Source of the DNA: a virus
Taxonomy: Duplodnaviria > Caudoviricetes
Strand: one strand, 5' to 3'
DNA: 64,000 bases
IMG/VR virus record: IMGVR_UViG_2721755344_000003
Coordinates: 24,493 to 88,492 of that record
The translations under genes and the position numbers were made by a program. Below, piece by piece: positions 39,101-46,276 of the stretch; the stretch's first letter is position 1, and the number at the start of each line of letters is the position of its first letter. Under the pieces are notes generated by a model. That model had not been told where the DNA came from. It worked only from the letters and a program-made list of their open reading frames with translations, and made no database searches.

Positions 39101-42100
39101 CTTCATCATCTGTCCAATATTGACTTGACTTTTGAAGTGTACCCGAACTATCAAATCCTTCTATTGGATTATTACTTATACCTTCATTAACTCCATCAAG
39201 GATCATTGCATCAGTCTCTCTTGCATCTGTATTATTTGTCTTTGGTAATTTAAAGTTTATAGTATTTAACTCATCCTCTTCGGTTTGTTCCCTTCCAACT
39301 TTATCAACAGTATTTTCTAATTGATCTTTCCAATTATTAAGAATATCATTGACACTGAAATTTGCATAAGGAACATGAATCTCTTTAACATCAGTGACAA
39401 GAAGATCTTCATCTGCTTCTGCAACGACAGGAACCTTACCGGTCTTCTCTATATTCAAAGGCCAATAAAGTTTATTTAACATACTCTGAACTGCATTAAA
39501 ATAACCAGTATGAACTGTTCCAGCTTTTTCAAGATTACTCATTATTTCCATCCAGGCATTATTGACTGCAGTAGTCATCATCTCACCCATAATCTTAGCT
39601 TTTCCCTTAAATGGATCACTGACAGTACGTGATACTTTATTTACATCAACAACATTTTTTCCATTAAATTCCTCATATTTAAACCATCTGCTCAAAAATG
39701 CATTAATGTTCTTATTTTTTTCGGTTATTAATGCACGATTAGCCATTAATAATCTATACATGAATGTCTGAGGAAATAAAGTATTAAATTTACCACCATC
39801 ACCCTTGGGAACTCTTGAAAGAATAAGTTTATCACTTAATCGTTCTGCATCCAACTTGTCAACCATATTTTTTAACCTGGGTGCATGAAATAAAATATAC
39901 GGATAATCATTTAACTTATTTTCATTAACAGGATCATTCTGATTATATCTTTTTAATACTCCTATCTTCCCATTTTTTGTCCTGGCTTGTTCAAACCTTT
40001 TACTGAATTTTGTATCATGTGCCTCAAATTCCATTAATTTGTCCGATGCTTTAAAATCAGATCCTATAACATATATTGGCAATCCATTCTGATAATTACG
40101 TGTTAATTCTCCTTTTACTACAAATACCTGTCCTAATGAAAACTTACCATTGACTGCATTCTTAGCACCCAATCTTCTAAGACTTGCTTTAGCGATATTA
40201 AGTTCTCTGTTATACGAATTTAATAATGGATCTCCTTTTGCAAAATGATGAGGATCATTTATGAGTTCAAGGATTTTAATATAATCGTCATCTTTAGAAT
40301 AATCTAATCCTTTATCACTAATCAAGGATTGTTTTTCGCCAACAACATAATCATATTCTGTTTCTGCCAAAGCAGATATATAAGAATATTTATCCGATAA
40401 ATTATTTGTTGCCGTATCGATATCATCAATAGCTTTATTAAGATCTTCATTCCTTCCTTTATATTTATTAATCCAGTTTAATGATCCTTTCGGAGTAAGT
40501 TTAACCATTAAAAGATCATGGAATACTTTTGTAGAATTACTTTCATCAGTTAACGTTGCAGTATTAACATATTCAGTCTCTATATTAAACTGTTTAAAGT
40601 TTGTCAGAAATAAAGTATGTGCTGCCCTTACAGATTTAAGATCACTTAGACTTAATATTCCAGTTGCCGGTTGCATTACAGTAAATACGGATCCACCCAA
40701 TGCCCTATGTGTGTCATATATCTGTCCTGCCCTAGAGAATGGTTTTAAGTTCTCATCATCCTCATCATCAACCTCAATATATATATCCTCTTTAATATCT
40801 GCAGTTTTCTTTTTTTCCTGTTTCACTTCTTCATCAGCAATATATTCTGTTTCTCCATCTTCAGGAGCAATATGACCAATCTTAACTTGATACGGATACT
40901 TCTTTATTGGATCTCCATCTTTATCATCATATACCATACCAGTAACACTATCCTGTTTCGGATTAGGATCATCAGTCAGTAATATATACTTTCCTTTCAA
41001 CTGACCATCTACAATATGATACCATTTTCCTTTCTTCGGAATATCTTCTTTATTTTCTTTCTTGTCCTTCTTTTTTTCTTCCCATGCATTCTTTACTTCA
41101 GAATAAGAAACAATCTTATGTTTGCGTCTATAATTTTCAGGATCATATCTATACCATATATCCCCATCTTTTTCATAACCTACTTTATACTCTCCTTTAT
41201 CATTTTTTCTAGTTACAATAAACTGTTGATCAATGCTACTATCTGAAGGTTCTTCATCTACAACATACGATCCTGGCGTAATATCCTTAATTATAATATT
41301 ATCAAGTTCTTTTTTCCTCTTACCAAGAATCTCTCCAATATATCTGTCATTCTCCAATTTCCCAGTTCTCCAATTTACTCTTGATCTATCAGTAGTATTC
41401 TTGGTTGTATTCTCTACAACACCAACAAACTGTTCTGCTCTACCTATAGCAGTATATCCTACCCTTCCAGGTATAGTTATACTCTTACCTACAAGACGTG
41501 CAAAAGACATGAGATTAGTAATATCAATAGGAATATAAACTTCTGCTCTTCTCAATCCCATAACATTACTTGGATAACCCGGTTTAATAATCTCATCAAG
41601 TTTAGGACTGAGAATCCAGATGTTTTCCAGTTGTGATTTAATAAATTCAGGATCCTGTTTCCTCAGATCTTCGAAGTGTTCATTATCAAGAAGTATGAGA
41701 GCTTTATTAACAGTCTGTGATTTCTTATAGGCATCTATGACATCTTTCTGTGTGGCAAAATAACGTGTTCCGGTGAAGTCTGAGACAGCCTGTTCATAAT
41801 CAGTAGTTGGTTTACCATTCTTATCTTTAGCTTCAAAATACGCCTCGGGAAGACTCGTAGCACCACTTATACCAGGAAGAATATATTCCTTATACCATGC
41901 AGAAAGATCATTAAGAATAGGAATATCTTTAAGAAACTGTTTCGTCAGTGGAATAGTTCTCAATCCCAACATCTCTATAGCAGCATGACTTAACATTCTG
42001 TCAAGAGAAAACATCTGAGACTTATCTGCCATAAATATAATTAACTTATTACCTAATTTTTCATAGATCTTTTTAAATTGTGAATCATCAATAGTACTTG

Positions 42101-45100
42101 CCTCATCCCATAAGATTATATCCCCGGATATATCAACTTTATCGTTAAAAAATTCCTCCGTGGTTATATGTTTTATATCAAAACCATCTTTACTATTTCC
42201 CGGATCAAACTTGTTAAATTCACTAGTGATTAAATTATGAAGGGCATTGGTCATTGCAATCGCAGTAACAGTAGGTTTTTTTCCAGTAATAACCTCATAC
42301 TGTTTTAATATCATAGGCACACTATGAGCAGTCTTACCGGTAGCATAATCACCTCGCAGACATATCGCATTGGGCATAAAATAACTATCAACGGCAGGTT
42401 CCCTTCCATCCTTTTCCTTCTTCACACGTTCTTCGATCTCATATATACGTGATAAATATTTACTACCACCATTAACCAGAAAAGCCACTACCTGATTCTC
42501 TGCCTGTTCCTGTTCGAATGTTGATGCTTTATTAACCCAATTAGTATAGAAATCATTTCTTCCTTTTAATAGATCATTTGTCTTTGCTGAACCAACTCTT
42601 TCAAGCCAATTAATAAAATAGAAATATCCTGTCTCATTACCAGCAAGTGTACCTGTTATAGAATTAAGATCATTAATAAATTCTACACCTTTCTGGAAAC
42701 TACCCACACCAGTATGGTCATTAACCTCGGTATATCTGAATACATCGGTTGTTCCCAATGCAGTTATTATCTCTTCAAGTTTTTCATCAGTAAGTTCTTC
42801 ATTTATCTTATCAAAGATCTGTGATTCGATCTTATTTATTATAGTCATATTTTTTTCCCATACAGTTCTCTGTTGATCAGTCATCACTTTACTCTCAAAC
42901 CTATTTTTTGTATCTACATGAGAAACTGTTTCAAGTAATACCTTCTCTTCAGTAAACCCATCAAAATGATCAAGAAAATGTTTTATACACATCCTGGTGA
43001 GTTCCTGTGTCTCATAACGATAACGATCCTGATATGATTGTTTATTATCACCCATCATATTAAGAATCTCATCAAGATTATTTACTCTTGCATTTAACCT
43101 TGCCAATCTTGTACGTACACCATTGTCAGAATTAATATAATCTTCTTCTGTCAACGGTCTGTCTTTCTTTGGAACAATATGTTTTATTACCTTTTCATTA
43201 TTAAGAACAGCACTATTAGTAAATGCTACCCTATCAGTTTTACTAAGATCTTTTTTTAGTTGATCAACTTCTGTTCTAACCTCCGTCAATGACCTGGCAG
43301 GAAAAGGATCACTAAGAGGAATACCCGGCCTGTCCTTTTCATATGCAGATCTTTCAAGATTACTTACACGTCCTTTAATATCTTTATCATAAAAATCATT
43401 AAGTAATACATTTTCTGTTATTCTCTCTGGCACTAATGTACGATCACCAGATAAAACTTTTTCTATTTCGCTAGTAAGATTATCATATTGTATTATCTGT
43501 GACTCATATCCTTCAAAAACTTTCTTTAAATCAGAATATCTCTGTTCTTCTCCAGGGTTAAAATCCCTAGTCCCATATTGATCATCAAGATCATGATATT
43601 CATTTGCAAGATCTCCAATAATTTTTCTTGCCGGTTGTATACCTTCCCATAACTTTTTATAACTATCAGCAAGTTCCTGAGATTTGAAATCAAGACCACC
43701 TTTTATTACCGGATCAAGAATGTTAATAACATCCTGTATTGCCTGATCAACAGGAAGACCTGGCATTGTAACTCTCTCCCTTAACCCTTCAAATGCACGT
43801 ATAACTTCTGGTGCCATAGTCTGTCGTCTTAATGTCTCTGCGGTAAGTTCTTTTTCATAATCTACCTTACGTTGTTCAAATGAACGTGAAAATTCTAATG
43901 CTTCATCATAATTTGCTCTGACAGCAAGAGAAAAATAAAAATTCATTCTTAACTGATATTCCGGAGAGTTACGTTCTTTCTCAGATATAGGTTGTCCCTT
44001 ATACATTTGATCAGATATGATCTTCTCTGTCTCAATCAATGGTGCAGCCAAACGCTTTACAAGATCATTATAAGCATACGAATAATCAGTACCAGGCTCA
44101 GTCTTCATCACCTCATCAACAAGGATCTGTTTCTGAGTTATAAGTTCACCAAGTTCAGCAATCCTATCTGTATCAGTCTTTGTCTTATTAGGTTTATTAT
44201 TAAGATCGACAAGTTCTTTATTATAATTACCTATACTGGCAATATCTATTGCTGCTTTATTAATCAAACTTCTATTGCCACCATTCTTTGTTATCAATGC
44301 AGGATTCTTAAGATTGAAAGTGGTAATAATTTCCTTATAAGCATCTATCTCATCAAGAGTAGATTTTTTATATACATCAAAACGACTTACTTTACCACTA
44401 CCAAAAACAATAGGTTTACCTTCTATATCAATAAACTTCTCAGGTGCTTCTCCAGCATTACTAAGATTATTTAATATTGTCTCAGTTGTTCTACGTAATT
44501 TAGGATTATCGAGTTCAGCAAAAGCATATTCAACTTTAGTAAGATCTTTTTCCAGATTCTTATTCCTATTGATATAATGTGTCATCACACCCATCGGTGC
44601 AGCACTAAGAAATGCTATAACACCTTCATCTTTAAACCCACTCCATGCATCGATTTTACCATAAGCACCGCCACTACTTATAGTCTGATTGGCACCATCA
44701 AGATCTTTCTGAATATCTCTGTATTGTTCTAACGAATACTTTGTCTTTTCACCAGAAGGACTAACAGCAAGATAAAATTTCTTACCAGTATCAGTGTCAG
44801 TTTGAGGAATAAAATCATATTCTTCCCATTTTCTTTTTGTATCATATGCAAGTTCAAGACTTATCCCATTCATGGAATGTTGTATGCCAGCATCCATCCA
44901 TCCTTCAACACCTTCTTCTGCCCACTCTTCAAATCCTGCTATTGTTCCAGCAGCTAATACATATTTATCTGCACCATCTCTTAATTTATCGTAAAAATTA
45001 AACCACATTCCTTTACCACGATTAATCATCTGATCCTTTGTTTCTACCATCGCCTCTGCAGGGAACCATGACCTGATATGTTTCTGTAACATCTTCTTTC

Positions 45101-46271
45101 CCGCACCTGACATTGGATTAGTTAATATATTGGGACCAATGATGTTTTCACTTATCATCGTAGAAATAAAGAAAGGATAATATGATCTAGCTGCAACCTC
45201 ATCCGGAACACCAAGTTTTTTCATTGTTTCCCAACTTAATCCGGCTTTCTGTGAAGCAGCAAAAGCAGTAGAGAACGTTTGTGCCATTCTTCCTGCAGCA
45301 ACTCTACCCATACCCATAGTAGTACCTAACATTCCTGCACCATAAGCAGTACCAAGAACAGTAAATAACTGTGCCATACCATCGCCCCAGGCAAAAGAAA
45401 ATGAAAATGGACTACTGAATATACCCTGTTTCTCATCCTCATTCTGATGTGTTAGATAACCAGCAAGAAGAGATCCACGTCTTCCTATATCATCTGTACG
45501 TTTATTTCTTTCGGTTCCACTGATAAGATCATTGGTGGCATCTATAAGACTTGTAACACCAAGTATAGGTTTAGCTATAAGAGCCTGTTGAAATCCCCTG
45601 AGAAATGATCCCACCCAATTTTTTGAATACATACTTCTTTCACCAAGCCATGTACGTATTCTCTCTGGATTTGACCACTCCCCATCTTTTAACTCACGAT
45701 AAAAATATTCCGGTTGTCCCTGATTAGGATCTCCCTTCTCCCATGTCAGATAATTGTCAGCAAACTTACTTTGTGTTAACGGTCTCCATATATCATTCTT
45801 ATCCAGATAAGCACCTACTGATGCAGATGATTGATCTTCTGTTACAGTTTTAAGAAATCCTACATTGGGAACACCTTCCATTCCAAGATTGGTTGTTTCT
45901 CCAGCTTTATGAGGCGTTGTCATATGTACAGCAATAGGATAATTACCTATTCTATCAACAAGAGGATAACGTAATCCACCCCAATCATAATAAGGATCCT
46001 GTTCAAATTGATTAGATTTATATGCAATAAAAGCCTGTTCTGAATTTACCCACAACTTATTAAACTCTTGAGGATTCTTCTGAATATACTGATCCAATCC
46101 AGGAGTCTTCTTTATAAAACTTTCTCTATCTGACCACTCTACAGGTATACCACTACGTGCAGATAAAGCATAAATATCATTAAAACTCATTCCCTTTCCT
46201 ATATACAGAGCATTAAAATCAAGAGTCCTGCCATCAACAGGAATCCTTGGAGTACCATTACCGTTTGCCAT
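27162..46271 (-). CDS. Giant polyvalent virion protein: crAss-type virion RNA polymerase fused with ejection-type N-terminus, SF1-helicase-like, SLOG-like and zincin-like domains
   Basis: 6369 aa. RIPSHGLQS and DFDID (34473-34487, aa ~3929) match the crAss-like vRNAP active site. GDYATGKT/WDEAS/ADKSQ/YTAIGRA helicase motifs; HELQH at 31188-31202; Gly/Ala-rich hydrophobic N-terminus. Confidence 0.9.
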   Translation of the reverse strand: MANGNGTPRIPVDGRTLDFNALYIGKGMSFNDIYALSARSGIPVEWSDRESFIKKTPGLDQYIQKNPQEFNKLWVNSEQAFIAYKSNQFEQDPYYDWGGLRYPLVDRIGNYPIAVHMTTPHKAGETTNLGMEGVPNVGFLKTVTEDQSSASVGAYLDKNDIWRPLTQSKFADNYLTWEKGDPNQGQPEYFYRELKDGEWSNPERIRTWLGERSMYSKNWVGSFLRGFQQALIAKPILGVTSLIDATNDLISGTERNKRTDDIGRRGSLLAGYLTHQNEDEKQGIFSSPFSFSFAWGDGMAQLFTVLGTAYGAGMLGTTMGMGRVAAGRMAQTFSTAFAASQKAGLSWETMKKLGVPDEVAARSYYPFFISTMISENIIGPNILTNPMSGAGKKMLQKHIRSWFPAEAMVETKDQMINRGKGMWFNFYDKLRDGADKYVLAAGTIAGFEEWAEEGVEGWMDAGIQHSMNGISLELAYDTKRKWEEYDFIPQTDTDTGKKFYLAVSPSGEKTKYSLEQYRDIQKDLDGANQTISSGGAYGKIDAWSGFKDEGVIAFLSAAPMGVMTHYINRNKNLEKDLTKVEYAFAELDNPKLRRTTETILNNLSNAGEAPEKFIDIEGKPIVFGSGKVSRFDVYKKSTLDEIDAYKEIITTFNLKNPALITKNGGNRSLINKAAIDIASIGNYNKELVDLNNKPNKTKTDTDRIAELGELITQKQILVDEVMKTEPGTDYSYAYNDLVKRLAAPLIETEKIISDQMYKGQPISEKERNSPEYQLRMNFYFSLAVRANYDEALEFSRSFEQRKVDYEKELTAETLRRQTMAPEVIRAFEGLRERVTMPGLPVDQAIQDVINILDPVIKGGLDFKSQELADSYKKLWEGIQPARKIIGDLANEYHDLDDQYGTRDFNPGEEQRYSDLKKVFEGYESQIIQYDNLTSEIEKVLSGDRTLVPERITENVLLNDFYDKDIKGRVSNLERSAYEKDRPGIPLSDPFPARSLTEVRTEVDQLKKDLSKTDRVAFTNSAVLNNEKVIKHIVPKKDRPLTEEDYINSDNGVRTRLARLNARVNNLDEILNMMGDNKQSYQDRYRYETQELTRMCIKHFLDHFDGFTEEKVLLETVSHVDTKNRFESKVMTDQQRTVWEKNMTIINKIESQIFDKINEELTDEKLEEIITALGTTDVFRYTEVNDHTGVGSFQKGVEFINDLNSITGTLAGNETGYFYFINWLERVGSAKTNDLLKGRNDFYTNWVNKASTFEQEQAENQVVAFLVNGGSKYLSRIYEIEERVKKEKDGREPAVDSYFMPNAICLRGDYATGKTAHSVPMILKQYEVITGKKPTVTAIAMTNALHNLITSEFNKFDPGNSKDGFDIKHITTEEFFNDKVDISGDIILWDEASTIDDSQFKKIYEKLGNKLIIFMADKSQMFSLDRMLSHAAIEMLGLRTIPLTKQFLKDIPILNDLSAWYKEYILPGISGATSLPEAYFEAKDKNGKPTTDYEQAVSDFTGTRYFATQKDVIDAYKKSQTVNKALILLDNEHFEDLRKQDPEFIKSQLENIWILSPKLDEIIKPGYPSNVMGLRRAEVYIPIDITNLMSFARLVGKSITIPGRVGYTAIGRAEQFVGVVENTTKNTTDRSRVNWRTGKLENDRYIGEILGKRKKELDNIIIKDITPGSYVVDEEPSDSSIDQQFIVTRKNDKGEYKVGYEKDGDIWYRYDPENYRRKHKIVSYSEVKNAWEEKKKDKKENKEDIPKKGKWYHIVDGQLKGKYILLTDDPNPKQDSVTGMVYDDKDGDPIKKYPYQVKIGHIAPEDGETEYIADEEVKQEKKKTADIKEDIYIEVDDEDDENLKPFSRAGQIYDTHRALGGSVFTVMQPATGILSLSDLKSVRAAHTLFLTNFKQFNIETEYVNTATLTDESNSTKVFHDLLMVKLTPKGSLNWINKYKGRNEDLNKAIDDIDTATNNLSDKYSYISALAETEYDYVVGEKQSLISDKGLDYSKDDDYIKILELINDPHHFAKGDPLLNSYNRELNIAKASLRRLGAKNAVNGKFSLGQVFVVKGELTRNYQNGLPIYVIGSDFKASDKLMEFEAHDTKFSKRFEQARTKNGKIGVLKRYNQNDPVNENKLNDYPYILFHAPRLKNMVDKLDAERLSDKLILSRVPKGDGGKFNTLFPQTFMYRLLMANRALITEKNKNINAFLSRWFKYEEFNGKNVVDVNKVSRTVSDPFKGKAKIMGEMMTTAVNNAWMEIMSNLEKAGTVHTGYFNAVQSMLNKLYWPLNIEKTGKVPVVAEADEDLLVTDVKEIHVPYANFSVNDILNNWKDQLENTVDKVGREQTEEDELNTINFKLPKTNNTDARETDAMILDGVNEGISNNPIEGFDSSGTLQKSSQYWTDDEDLTENIKNRPVSDYNNYQGLYREFGRAETVHDIRRQIAYNIHRKSHFNNLGKNPVPLNDAISAVENAFKATRRRQLAVVNTNVDKLIGAISPDDLPSLDNESLKQYYYYRLSDEKTIRTFIQSVFPGYNFYRKAFVKWGQDSIQTDHDKVDPEMYKDDIVDWQLTVTEYNEYRHTESGEIEKVKSFDTISPFGEGQRFVNVNDLSRSLKEVADKTKTRLKNDPTLNFTDTFFQELLDLASGAKSNNYKSNNILSFVEKYYGMPFIEGEGVITKTIGSLKEISDRYLNEEDGNLKDRGIDIANLITATINFNKSLIKRTQADLRITGFDPDRFISLRTQEENTEEIIKNEFKTHIVRRVFYPGSQSVVKEIHDALIGDKENKGKVWDIRDDGIYYVGRDKETQVIINRNGKWMFADLPETSRKEMLLHMKSFLGLSHMRQDAFLNMIDNNVPAVRDRLAEKITNLDVSSDTFISDLVAEGFANMFYSIYANIKLSENLKGIHDKYATDTLDIDRRLELGEFTEEEAEKKYKKINKNEEKYKEEARKKIPFQDHMNRFLKKFNLREENLDDINKVVDLEDDEGTINKEILPTPVDFYPFLTALGISESYHRGEDWNRWGTDYVGHIRYNFELSSELKETFAHGSRWIKDQVKKDIVADPSVINTSQFVQMRDGVKEYYNILLDPKSTAEIIRLIDYTSIDQIKATDDPNESDLNTMLISAFADSIQRNRLGQPEKLLIDVGNISDTGRIFLAEFTFDNTGHKHLIEDITRDENGRITGMTINEDLILNAVYKEFQHRARVAQLSQARVTKVLGRNIPFSREWSTKDPKLIERALRELEDITDYEVKGNILQLGRAPVFDDPVFNKQNWSNIQKEWNLNMLNNIFDEEYKNFATKLSHARYKPLSWMKGLSPSESDWYYKTNTGLREGRIMGYNPFFRAFFFASEILKYNMDPLVFADQSHFKSPTDKSKYSGPVNTGGNFLDTDIKYGLSKISKVIYVKDLEDVNPELKKIYKLSDGGNLGNPLWEYLFYQSLGGKYGPIDKTDVKSLYNDVNLTSGKKILHKEAVDFITGDTYNMGIPMRDMFKTMVDHTSMLMSKELGRKIDVFATWKMFYDYTGRNDFAKAIRQTVEYYIDDDEMRDSFKSNLVWKLANRSSVKGAISKINIYNPWNDIYDPLNIKEGKRGLDLLSDDIRNDKIKVVLNPYQDVFDPSRVTPMLQIMSYAGVGNEVNRRAGKEINRLFRTLFINAKREIDDKISEEIVEPGLKGEDRRIAQYEKYLRGVGMDALNEMGQIGNYAELVLNEQISVGIPPLRQKLLQAYRSLITRKAIKPFFSGLRANQVTADYFDVFEKDGIPYSLKEVERDLKMEITRENISQVLSKGYTRRKLHGMRKGEDGTTPGEMVMPFSYMTRFGVKPSESVNDLFTIILNDGLRINIRKMDRSARMNTIAENLPKTDFNATPMVRQFRELEGIFKPDTEVTVDLNNIISWIDNVENTLSAISTRIPSHGLQSAFLGDITFFVNDNGNNTYIPSEQTVYDDTDFDIDQRSVYFYALDENNLVDRSDNAGGIQNAILDQLRTIYLDKINSENIFITSEINNLEEEADKIPRDPRFMRWNSYANHLEMYNISRSGKKAIGILARSMSTIAYMAQLGPAGFSLAPGFLKMFQNLDVAGKESILSKEGDWLVAALDNVKKLILGRFGISLSAVPLLPVLITEGKTVDDIRKFFFHPAIRNVFYDVEAGESASESMRDHLLLDVIDKDIKLYQPLEKKEIEETIKAIDDYNKEIKKIKVDTPKWKDNPLLVDQIEDKISLRNKLEDTLESNDNYSKLKELKSIAVKAEALRRLGTFIGLRNGIIALDFENEMFTFNAQRYTGMTYKDFFGDRNIPPKEWTLDSHMTYYASNSDDYSFFDNDLTHPLRKDIDAEKNRLFKNESDIASQINITEILRNLPQFNEYYREHAEEFEQNMKTFLLNDPEFYKWGMNFLHGQNRSNWGSKKIYYGFFTAITEEILDFHWKSKYSEDRFDLSYPEYYDGHWHKKSTTTNKLNISSGYDRAMYLLQFPYFMEHIINISKLEKSDYDVYWEDIKDIGGFTKEDINAIKNSGFLNRLQLIGRTGQEFFGLRDNFGLSDNDIANLSNDFKMLPKRLQEMFGANNLMATFMRWKKGTISDIMGTMMYFGNKGLSDSMEEFKNMLKHKEFLQAVMDDVGKNFKEYVETRPGMARTIRRSDVIEKKKKMPDVVTSRRQIAGLYWVRSNKRWSNELDAFQFVNPTINRGGFDSGIKMTTISQELLRNLTAKELDEIRKIADKPGKVVKEYFRGHGYKEGSEYITETGEVVKAKDVTPTSVTFVKSDDPLYKKEREQQAMMDLVYREKMKKRGEKEGERYLGITQINSSGQLGEKNALYAARILGIPTGGATAYRYKNESGSDKELKEFGLEPNKTKDLIQSYKESIDLNVRMADGTFLWIEDEKESRVALTRNLIKKYIKPSTTTTDLKTFRKWIVDNNIKILNVAANSESVSPGIGKKIEKFLIEVLAPYEKVQIKKDPAILDKKNDDINDMDLSIDIFKALEARQVDARATTAVIDRLGLVVPGLDIIKETDLTSEQQGYKNHNAWIDNKGIHINTDRMAYDTGLHELQHIWNRIIKIRNPELYVRMHDAIGRYMELNKDFSNAIRRIYLEHGRVLNEEKLRNEMLSIVGGFYTFQKVKSWVINNNVGGYNVALQLWNYFKGLIREIVETVKGFFQNIFGIVTPIVKKPASNIDQLDFANATLGDLFTALADDFVAGNKILDFNDDVNRSIYLAAYGQNGKASDANIPVHNPVNDIKDFASYLNNNTTDQVSMDQLSEEHLINGISNTMRGRTSGGKLIYQVGSQTFSYDDTISDESLKAFIRNSIVPAMNKEEENLPTQLERFITLFKEGHSVVSAGKEAFQGKYNYKVLKDLIHYIGGYDTVVEIIKYSKLKNHKNKYLAGLYNPAFTGYDPYIIVHDIESDGTADVSILDITTKSLSRRRLFLEGSHLTSTIQGAADFTNMGGDMGNSDADIHNIFIGMSAMSMRKSTDNKVRFRNLGSIRVTYGGVESHLVVDLNKLIRNIEVLKKVPSFMNVIENPVIKEVLTDDTLYDMNYIQSWVTRVITYLRDIKDEEGGVLSGNAKIQYEAFIDPSTSNADQIRMLKKMQSDVEQHFGKGWDKAANRYEAQMIAFAIRELETGRLGFVNEIRDMKNLEKWIVNPFDVHNEVLQYSNQNGELAKNITLEKIRQFDHIFFPITEKIIEQYFQSFPADRITSRVRDMGSKYFEHLYKREKLTNQKGEEIEVKLPKIHWSLKDKETQALYNIADPIRRITDTDIEFANLLLDKLEERWIDNIFHQMKQSSFNIGAKGEYKVERKDAEKQFYAQYTRGDIPVITKSINELMLSLKKKNISEAWKKLGLHMANYENLFTDELGRNDNLDQLGNSLHNQLREENRLGSAGLYRDINGKVKVKSEYDNDIMSTNLVDTMIYFMLAGIRKEVYETQFLPAYNNAQAMLSYMEWIIGRDDSLKNTKKFLDLYTQRLAFRKTADEPAQIELFGHKFDVTSVMRSVNRGFTLGMLGFRPVIALKSEIFNTLQSVMTALGTGLVNITSEEEKRYLPSPADNFKAHLIFMKDLQKVRRLALDLQLIESTERDFIDNITVNPTAKNLVTEQMGHFGNRMTDYKARMIGMVSWMLMEGSYDAYSYDNKSGKITYNEIKDLRFYTKDGIKKTEHGEYAILQHIKNNLVKEGVNKPMGHDFTLSNKTLKWYADKYIVGGFTEIDKPLASMTWLGSMISVFRMFSFPRLFNMGLFAKTRQVEYGVGYKAIQDDTGEWIAQKDMLTLEGAWQSIHATMKALTNLKKQNFPEWWNQQSFSRKLNLMKSAVTLAIFSMIVGLFKSWDNDKLEQQFAWIKRDIIIAFTAEDFLQNPIPIVGAIIRLANLTNVSDIGNIGPVRDVRFIQRIRDSID

Positions 46272-46276
46272 AATTA

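Noticed and set aside
27162-46271. Intein or self-splicing intron in the giant gene
   Set aside because: The frame is uninterrupted, and I saw no intein terminal or LAGLIDADG motifs by eye
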